Shown here: piece by piece, positions 57,189 through 64,000 of the stretch | Layout of the letters: every line of letters begins with the position of its first letter | Position numbering within the stretch: the stretch's first letter is position 1 | IMG/VR virus record: IMGVR_UViG_3300028364_000013 | Reading direction: 5' to 3' (one strand) | Origin: a virus | Taxonomy: Duplodnaviria; Caudoviricetes | DNA length: 64,000 nt | The notes under the pieces: model-generated | Database searches by the model: none | What the model was told of the DNA's origin: nothing | Seen by the model: only the letters and a program-made list of their open reading frames with translations | Made by a program: the position numbers and the translations under genes

Positions 57189-58016
57189 TTAAATGTGATT
57201 TGTGTTTGTTGCCTTTCTCATATAGCCTTTCTTTTTGAATGGCTCAATGAAAATCATTTTTGTTTCCTTCAATCCTTTTCCGAATGGCTGCAGTCTAAAA
57301 TGTGCGCTTACATCGAATCCTTCTGTTCTTATTGATGTGACGTTCCAATTGCTATTAACAATGGTCACAGGAATGTCTGGAAACGTATTAATAAGCTTTC
57401 CAGTCTTAGTTGTCCCATGTTTTCTTCCTGGCTCAACTATTATCATTTCATTATCAGAGAAATAAAAGAAACAAAGAAGTTTATATATCTTTGATTCCAA
57501 TTCAGTTACCACTGGGTCGTCCCAGTTGCTACTAAATCTCATTTCTTTTTGATTGTAATGAAATAGGTGAAAATTAAGAACGTGTTCTCCATGCTTCTCT
57601 TCTGAAGGAGTTGCAACAACCCAACAGAAACACAAGTGTCCTTTGAATGCGCAAAATCTAATAAGTGTATTGTTTGAATAGATGAATGTCATCTTCTGCT
57701 CTGGCAGTTTATCAAATATTGTCCAATCAAAATGAATACCTTTTGGCTTCACTTTGAGCATGTCAACCTTATCTAAAATTGTATTGGTGATGTAGTAAGC
57801 ACGTTGGTCGTACTGAGAAATTGTGTGATTTAGAGTCTTCAGTTGAGAACCTTCTTCTTCATCAAGCTCTTCATTGTTTTCAATCTTTCTAATTGCTGAT
57901 GGCAAGTGTGACTTCATCATCTCATAGAGAAGACCTTCATCAGTTAAGAATCTATATGCTATGTGTTTTTTTAAAACCATTATTTTGCTTCTTCTGGTTC
58001 GCATTCTCTTGTGCAA
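57189..58016 (-). CDS. Hypothetical protein (start probably MVLKKH)
   Basis: C-terminal VSAHFRLQPFGKG...IFIEPF motif seen in phage proteins. Confidence 0.8.
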   Translation of the reverse strand: MHKRMRTRRSKIMVLKKHIAYRFLTDEGLLYEMMKSHLPSAIRKIENNEELDEEEGSQLKTLNHTISQYDQRAYYITNTILDKVDMLKVKPKGIHFDWTIFDKLPEQKMTFIYSNNTLIRFCAFKGHLCFCWVVATPSEEKHGEHVLNFHLFHYNQKEMRFSSNWDDPVVTELESKIYKLLCFFYFSDNEMIIVEPGRKHGTTKTGKLINTFPDIPVTIVNSNWNVTSIRTEGFDVSAHFRLQPFGKGLKETKMIFIEPFKKKGYMRKATNTNHI

Positions 58017-58558
58017 TTCTCATCAACAAGAAGTATTGCGGTCATTAAAAAATGCTCTCCATCTGTACCAGGAAGTTTTGTGTAACCTTCGTTAAGACAA
58101 ATAGCTTTTATGTCACTTGTATAAAAGTCATGTAATTCCATTTGGTCAAACACTTCTCCAATATCATTCTTAAGAAAAAATCTTGATGAAGACTTTACAA
58201 GGTAAGTGATGGTCTTGTACTTTTTAAGGCCTTTAACCAATTCATCTGATGTCTTGCCTCCAAACCCAAGAGAAACCCCTCTCGGAGACTCCAGTGCATC
58301 TGTTAGGTCATAAGGGTAGTAGCCAAATTCAGTACCAACTCCTTTATGCTCTTTCTTGACGATTTGAATCTCGGCTAATTTTTTCTTTATATCGTCATCG
58401 CTCACGCTTTTATAGCTGTAATACAATTTAGGTATTTTTTCATAAGTGTCGCCCCACGCCTTTTCTCTCTTAAGCTCTGCTTCAAGTCTTATCACATCCT
58501 TCTCAAGGTCGTGAATTTTCAATTCTTCGTCAGTCATTTCAGTGATACTCTTTTCCAT
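57980..58558 (-). CDS. Hypothetical protein
   Basis: 192 aa. Confidence 0.8.
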   Translation of the reverse strand: MEKSITEMTDEELKIHDLEKDVIRLEAELKREKAWGDTYEKIPKLYYSYKSVSDDDIKKKLAEIQIVKKEHKGVGTEFGYYPYDLTDALESPRGVSLGFGGKTSDELVKGLKKYKTITYLVKSSSRFFLKNDIGEVFDQMELHDFYTSDIKAICLNEGYTKLPGTDGEHFLMTAILLVDENCTRECEPEEAK

Positions 58559-58663
58559 AATTTATGCTTTAATTAACTCATATACTGTTAGTGGAACTAT
58601 AGCAATCATTGCTAACGTACCAATAAGCATGCACTCTAAAAATACTAAAAACTTCATCTTTAT

Positions 58664-59026
58664 TTATTTTAAACTTAATTTTGAAACTACAGGTACAATC
58701 TCATGAAAATAATTCTCCTTTTCATAATAAAGTACTTCTATCTTTTTTCCTATTAACTTCTTAGCAAACTCTTGATTGAAATTTATTAAAATATCATCGT
58801 CATAATCAAATAAGATTGTGTCATCAACATAAATATCAACGCCATATCCAAATATCATATCAGAGTTGTGTTCTTTTACAGATGAGTCAATGTAGCCAAT
58901 ATAAAATGACCTGCTATCTCCTATGTCCTCAATAGCCACTTCAATGAAAGTAACTGTCTGAGTCTTAAAATCCTGACCATAAGCCAGAGAAGACAAGAGT
59001 AATAATATGATGGTTAATGTTCTCAC
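58664..59026 (-). CDS. Hypothetical secreted protein
   Basis: Signal peptide MRTLTIILLLLSSLAYG; after class B promoter 59033. Confidence 0.75.
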   Translation of the reverse strand: MRTLTIILLLLSSLAYGQDFKTQTVTFIEVAIEDIGDSRSFYIGYIDSSVKEHNSDMIFGYGVDIYVDDTILFDYDDDILINFNQEFAKKLIGKKIEVLYYEKENYFHEIVPVVSKLSLK

Positions 59027-59058
59027 TCTTTCTTATACGCAACAAAAACAATAATGTT

Positions 59059-59481
59059 CTATTCCTCTTCGTAAGAATCTGATTTTTCATGATTATGAAG
59101 CATGCACATTGTCTGATAATTCTTAATGTGATTCTTTCCACCTTTAGATTTTGGTTTGATGTGGTCTATTGTAAGCATCATGAGGTCGCCTTCGTGGTCA
59201 TAAGCATAAAGGTCCAAGTGGATTCCTCCACCGTTATCCTCTCCAAGTCCAAAGTGATAACCAGATAACTCACATCCAGAGTCAACACACTCAACACCCA
59301 GCTCAAGCAATATAAGTGCTCTTCTTAGCTTTATCTTTCTATCAGTAATCTCTTCATCCAAAAAAACTCAACGTCTCCGTGAGCTTTAATATCATCTATT
59401 GGATAGGTCTTCAGATTTTTCATCACCATCAAGGTTGTCAAAAATAGTTAAAACCGCTTTGTTTATGTTGTCAAAATTCAT
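59059..59481 (-). pseudogene. HNH endonuclease; 5' part interrupted by two compensating homopolymer indels
   Basis: LTIDHIKPKSKGGKNHIKNYQTMCMLHN; the upstream ATG at 59481 is in the same frame with internal stops between the A5 (59416-59420) and T7 (59360-59366) runs. Confidence 0.65.
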
Positions 59482-59681
59482 GTTAATTCATTTTAATTTT
59501 TAAATAATTTTCTCTGGCCTCTATCTTCTTTTTTAAGTACTCCTGATAGAGTTCTTCATTGAATCCTATTTTTGGACCATCCCAGTAGGATTTGTATTCT
59601 TCTAAAGTTTTATCTTTTTTAGGCATTTGTTTTACTAAAAAATGGAAGTGCCAATAAATATTATGACACTTCCATTTATTT

Positions 59682-60059
59682 TTATTTTTTTAGAGCCACT
59701 AACTCATCAATAGATAATTCTTTCATATCTGATTTTTGTTTTTCAAAAATCAAAGCATCTATCTCTTGATTATGAAGTTTTGTAGCTGCAGCATTTTTTT
59801 CAGCATCAAACTCTTGCTTTTTAGTAATATATATCTCTTTCAATACATCGAAAATAAGTTTTTGCTCTGAATCTACAGCCATATTTTCATCAAGAAATGA
59901 TAACTCATCATCATTTTCTTTTTTAAGTTTTTCCTTAACGTTTTTAACTATTATAGATAGTTTGTTAAGACTAAGGTCCCAAAGTTGTTCAACAGACAAA
60001 GGTCCTTGTGAAGTTTGTATTCTCAATTTTAATCGAGAAGCTTTCATGAAATTGTTCAT
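59682..60059 (-). CDS. Hypothetical protein
   Basis: FMKASRLKLRIQTSQGPLSVEQLWDL; paired with the 717 aa ORF. Confidence 0.85.
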   Translation of the reverse strand: MNNFMKASRLKLRIQTSQGPLSVEQLWDLSLNKLSIIVKNVKEKLKKENDDELSFLDENMAVDSEQKLIFDVLKEIYITKKQEFDAEKNAAATKLHNQEIDALIFEKQKSDMKELSIDELVALKK

Positions 60060-60078
60060 AATTTTTGTTTTTTTATTA

Positions 60079-62232
60079 TTAATTGAATTTTACTTTTATT
60101 GTTCTTTTAAATGTTCCATATAATTTTAAAATCAAATCATCTTTTACTGTGGCATTAAATCCAAGTCCACACAGTTGTTTTTCAGTAGGCTCAAGCATTG
60201 ATGTTAGACCAACTACCTCCATAACCTTTCTGTGGCCAACAAGCTCTGAGTTTAAATTTTCATTATGAAAACTCCTAAGTGAAACATCAGACCTACACCC
60301 ATCAATCATAAACATATAATGTTTATTTCCTGAATTATTATCACCCCAATGATTAGGGGAAAGACAAACAAGATTAACCTTATGAAATTGATTTGTGTCG
60401 ATGTTGAATATACTTTTACTTACAGTGTTTGATGAGGTGATTTCCATTTTTTCTGAAGTTTCAATTTTAAATTCACCATCTTTTAACTTAATTATACAAA
60501 CCTCTGCAGTATTTCCATTACTCCTGCTTTTATCAAATTTTAATGAAGTTATTTCACCACCATGCTCTATTTCAATAAAAAAATCAGCCTTAAATCTATT
60601 GCCACTATAATCAACGATATAAACTTTATATGAACCATTTTTCATTTTGTTTAAATCAGAATAAGTTATATTCTCAACTCTTTTTTCAGGTGTTTGATTT
60701 CCATCAACACCTTGAGCATCCAAGTCAAGCATTCCTGAAAAAGGAGATTCTTTTCTCACATTTCTATAACATATATCATATCCACCTGGTTCTTCTAAGT
60801 GCAAATCATAATCATTAGTAGTATCTGGAAAATGAAGTCTGACATTTAACACTCCATCAATATTTCCACCCCTACCTTTTACAGCTTCCTTAATTAGTGA
60901 TTTTCCAGCAAGATTTCCTCTAAATGTCCAAGAAAATGGATTACTCCACTTGAACATGTTTTTAGATTCCTTATCAACAGTTGTTAACGCTACAAAGTTT
61001 CCACCCATTCTATTTTCAACAAAAGCCTCAACAGAAGTACATGTTGGAAGTATGTCTGACATAAACTTTTCAATAGACACTTCTTCTATTCCATCAAACT
61101 GACTTCTCTTGTGTCTTGTTGGTTTTGATGGTATAACTGAATCAAATACAGAGGCGGTTTTTACCTCACCACTTCCAACATTTGAATGTAAAATCTCATT
61201 TACATTAATATCATCAATTGTAGCAAATCTCCTTTTAATAGAATTATCAGTATATCCTAATTCATAGAAATCTTTCATGGCCACCTTTTTCATAGACTCA
61301 GTTAATGGAGCTGTTGCTTTCATGAAGTTTGCTGGGTCAACACGCTTATTCCAAGTTCTACAAGCAGTGTTAAGCTCTACACCCTCTGCTAATTCTACGC
61401 AAAGAGTTCCTATTAGTTCGTTTCTAAATTTAGAGAAAGGAAGATTGTAAGAAGTTACCCAACACCAATTATCTTTTTGTTTACTGGATAATTTTTCATA
61501 TTCATTTTTGAATGGGATTATTTGCTCTATCTTATAAAGATGAGTTTTACCATCCAACAAAGAACCTTGGTTTATCAAATCTCTAACTAACTCAAGAGTG
61601 TCAATTGGAATTTCTTCAAGACCTCTCTTAAACACATCTTTTGATTGTCTGTAATCAGATAAAATAGTTGCTTGTGACTTTCCAGAAGAATCAACAAACT
61701 TTTTATTCAAAACACCATGAAAGTGGAAGAATTGATATGACTTACCTGGAGTTACAACTCCAAACTTTTCAGCCTCTTCTTTAGTATATGTTTTAAAGTT
61801 ACTCTCAAAACCAAGTTTATAAACTATTTGACTTTTATTTATTTTTTCATATGGCAAATCATTCAACTCATCAAAAGTTTCAAAAAACACATCTTTTATT
61901 GGCGCACTCTTTAATATTTTTGACATGTTCTCACAAGAACTACGATAAACATCATCTTCTTCTAAAACTAAGTCCCACATGGTAACTATTTTGTAAGATT
62001 CATCAATGGCTACAACATTACCATATCTTCTAATAAAAGATTTATCAAGATTACAATTGTTAGTCGAACTCTCTGGGTCTCTAAAAACAGGGTTGTCTCC
62101 TTTTTTAAAAGATGATATGTATAAATCCCATAACTTATTACCATCCACAGATGACCTAAATAATTTACCATTATTTTGAATATCTGAGAATCTCTCTTCT
62201 ATTTTTTTTGAAAATTCACTAAATTTTGACAT
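60079..62232 (-). CDS. Large hypothetical protein with a YfaP/DUF2135-like module
   Basis: 717 aa; DYDLHLEEP...LDLDAQG...VENITY; after class B promoter 62257. Confidence 0.8.
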   Translation of the reverse strand: MSKFSEFSKKIEERFSDIQNNGKLFRSSVDGNKLWDLYISSFKKGDNPVFRDPESSTNNCNLDKSFIRRYGNVVAIDESYKIVTMWDLVLEEDDVYRSSCENMSKILKSAPIKDVFFETFDELNDLPYEKINKSQIVYKLGFESNFKTYTKEEAEKFGVVTPGKSYQFFHFHGVLNKKFVDSSGKSQATILSDYRQSKDVFKRGLEEIPIDTLELVRDLINQGSLLDGKTHLYKIEQIIPFKNEYEKLSSKQKDNWCWVTSYNLPFSKFRNELIGTLCVELAEGVELNTACRTWNKRVDPANFMKATAPLTESMKKVAMKDFYELGYTDNSIKRRFATIDDINVNEILHSNVGSGEVKTASVFDSVIPSKPTRHKRSQFDGIEEVSIEKFMSDILPTCTSVEAFVENRMGGNFVALTTVDKESKNMFKWSNPFSWTFRGNLAGKSLIKEAVKGRGGNIDGVLNVRLHFPDTTNDYDLHLEEPGGYDICYRNVRKESPFSGMLDLDAQGVDGNQTPEKRVENITYSDLNKMKNGSYKVYIVDYSGNRFKADFFIEIEHGGEITSLKFDKSRSNGNTAEVCIIKLKDGEFKIETSEKMEITSSNTVSKSIFNIDTNQFHKVNLVCLSPNHWGDNNSGNKHYMFMIDGCRSDVSLRSFHNENLNSELVGHRKVMEVVGLTSMLEPTEKQLCGLGFNATVKDDLILKLYGTFKRTIKVKFN

Positions 62233-62331
62233 GTTTTTAATATTAATTTTATTTACTTATACACAATTTATTATAAAATGTTCTAAATAGAACATTAATA
62301 TTTATTGTACTGGGTAATTTTTATGGAAGAG

Positions 62332-62466
62332 TCACTTTTTAAAATTTTTAGCAACGTAACTTGCCATATCATCCATTGTATTGTAATAAGGGATGTTATA
62401 TTTTTCAGCCTTGTGAATCATATATCTCATTTTATCAGCATTCTTTGGATGACCCAGAGCAATCTT
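62332..62466 (-). pseudogene. Orphan duplicate of the 3' end of gene 63215-64000
   Basis: KIALGHPKNADKMRYMIHKAEKYNIPYYNTMDDMASYVAKNFKK* matches the C-terminus at 25/43 residues; in-frame TGA upstream. Confidence 0.85.
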
Positions 62467-62600
62467 TCAAAGATACAATTTTATTATAAACAATCCAATT
62501 ATTTAGTTAACTTATTTTATTTGTCCTATTATTATACTCATTATTCTGATTCCAGAAATTATGACATTTAATTAGGTTTTCATTTTCATTTTTACTAAGC

Positions 62601-62970
62601 CAATCTCTAAATTTTAGAATTCCCAAATAACAATCAAGTTCCAAAAAAATTATTACCACACTTTGTGAGGGGATACTTAGAAGGGGATGGATGTATCGGT
62701 GTATATAAAACCAAAAATATGATTTCTATCATAGGAACACAATATTTCTTATCTGGAATGAAAGAGTGTTTGGAATCCTATGAAATACCTGGAGTTTATT
62801 TGAATCAAAAAACTAAAAACACCTGGTCTCTAACCATATGGAGAAAAAGTAGTATTTTAATGTTCAAAAAACTGGTGTATGATAATTATTTGAATAATAA
62901 TTCAACTAACTCAGAATTAATACTCAATAGAAAGTATGAAAAACTATTGACCATTGAATCACTTAGATAG
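62601..62970 (+). pseudogene. Degraded LAGLIDADG homing endonuclease (C-terminal half)
   Basis: LEFPNNNQVPKKLLPHFVRGYLEGDGCI; frameshift near 62609; no N-terminal half or start found. Confidence 0.75.
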
Positions 62971-63028
62971 TTCAAATTGTTCTACACAATGGTCATAACA
63001 TAGCCATCCACCTCCAGTAAACCAAATT

Positions 63029-63211
63029 CTAAATATACCCATAAACCAATCTGTTTTTTAAAATTTGTTCTTTATGATTACTATTCCTTCTATCTTGTAA
63101 TTTCACTCCCACCAAATCTTCACCCCATTCAATTCCCCAACCATCATGTAATGCTTGTCCGCAATTAAACTTTTTACCAAATCCGTCATCAATATATTTA
63201 ACTATTCCCAT
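63029..63211 (-). CDS. Small hypothetical protein
   Basis: 60 aa, 3 nt after the upstream stop. Confidence 0.55.
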   Translation of the reverse strand: MGIVKYIDDGFGKKFNCGQALHDGWGIEWGEDLVGVKLQDRRNSNHKEQILKNRLVYGYI

Positions 63212-63214
63212 AAA

Positions 63215-64000
63215 TCATTTAAACTTTTTTGCAACATATTCTGCAACTTCTTTCATAGAGTGGTAAATAGGTATATCTCTTTTTTCAGCCATCATATGCA
63301 TATATCTCATCTTTTCTGCGTTTTTCGGATAACTTAATACACACTTCCCGCTATTAGCCCAATATCCAAATTCTATATTGGTTGTGAAACCTGGCATTGA
63401 GTCCAATTTCCTTGGAACCCAGAACAAAATTAGGTCGGATGCATTTAAAGCTCTCTCCTCCCATACAACTTGAGTGTCATAATCATACCCATCTTCTGGG
63501 TTTTCTTTCTCTGGCATCAAAATATGACCTTCATAACCTGCTTCTCTAAGTTTCTTAACCATAAGAGGTCTCCAAGTCTTAACATCAAGCTCACGAGGTG
63601 TTGGTCCTGCTAAAAACACTTTATCTCCTAAAGGAGGAATCATATCTGTAGCATACACATCAGCACCCTCAATCAAGTTAAGGTTTGCTGGAAGTTCTCC
63701 AGCAAATACATGCTTGTCATAAAACTTTCTGATTGCGTTCATGCAAAATATTAACTCATCTTCTGACACTGGAAGGAAGTTCCAAGCATCACATCCAACA
63801 TTAACCATATTTCTTTGAACTTTCCACAATCCGTGGATATGTCCAACAATGTTAAATTTATTTGCTACAGCTTTTCCTGGATAATGGTTTAAGTGAACCA
63901 TTTCTCCGTTTTTAAGCTTAAGGTCTGCGTTTACAACTACAGTTGCAAATAGTTTATTAAGCTTTGCCATTGGCCTTGGGTCATCGTAATTTCCCATTAC
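63215..64000 (-). CDS. Metallophosphoesterase (C-terminal part) fused to nucleoside 2-deoxyribosyltransferase-like domain; 5' truncated
   Basis: GNYD...HLNHYP...GHIHG...NVGCD; VFLAGPT...WE..AL...D.I.FW.PR...GFTTNIEFG. Confidence 0.8.
   Translation of the reverse strand, partial: VMGNYDDPRPMAKLNKLFATVVVNADLKLKNGEMVHLNHYPGKAVANKFNIVGHIHGLWKVQRNMVNVGCDAWNFLPVSEDELIFCMNAIRKFYDKHVFAGELPANLNLIEGADVYATDMIPPLGDKVFLAGPTPRELDVKTWRPLMVKKLREAGYEGHILMPEKENPEDGYDYDTQVVWEERALNASDLILFWVPRKLDSMPGFTTNIEFGYWANSGKCVLSYPKNAEKMRYMHMMAEKRDIPIYHSMKEVAEYVAKKFK

Larger units (their letters stand above)
5600..62285. promoter_or_regulatory. Class B repeated promoter TAGAACA(or TGAAACA)-N15-CGTATAA, about 18 copies
   Basis: + strand: 20106, 22289, 25040. 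- strand (left coordinate): 5600(variant), 28252, 30418, 33739, 34888, 38107, 39874, 40762, 44210, 46201, 46974, 55272, 55899, 59033, 62257(variant). Constant 15-nt spacer; - copies sit just upstream of - strand genes. Confidence 0.85.

Noticed and set aside
62305-62571. 88 aa + strand ORF
   Set aside because: Largely the antisense of the duplicated gene-end remnant.
1-64000. Genome-wide stop-codon reassignment
   Set aside because: Long ORFs (717, 425, 387 aa) are intact in the standard code; observed breaks are frameshifts, not in-frame TAG/TGA.

Overview
AT-rich 64 kb segment of a large (jumbo-type) dsDNA phage genome. The host is most likely Bacteroidota: several TTTG-N20/21-TAnnTTTG promoters, a Bacteroidota-type histone-H1-like gene, and A-rich translation starts lacking Shine-Dalgarno motifs. 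No capsid, terminase or polymerase genes are visible. Positions 1-24.9 kb are mostly + strand small early-type genes, built as terminator-promoter-gene modules with 31 intact copies of a 29-bp motif TTGTAAC-N15-CGTTATA (class A); one copy precedes a phage ECF sigma factor gene. Positions 26.1-64 kb are mostly - strand and use a second motif, TAGAACA/TGAAACA-N15-CGTATAA (class B, about 18 copies in the window). The two arms converge on a roughly 1 kb non-coding region with inverted repeats and a G-quadruplex motif. Recognisable genes: ParB-like, RadA-like ATPase, ECF sigma, DUF932, GIY-YIG and WYL proteins, a WGR-PARP, P-loop kinase, RyR-domain, ASCH, HAD phosphatase, peptide deformylase-SEC-C fusion, amidase endolysin, thymidine kinase, KH-domain protein, HNH and homing endonucleases. 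Best leads: the two-class ECF-type promoter system, a promoter-driven small RNA family, atypical tRNAs (type-II body with Glu anticodon, CUA anticodon, double T-arm), attC-like cassettes, the PARP operon, and two endonuclease insertions flanked by duplicated target-gene 3' ends. All family calls are from motif recognition by eye; no database searches were run.
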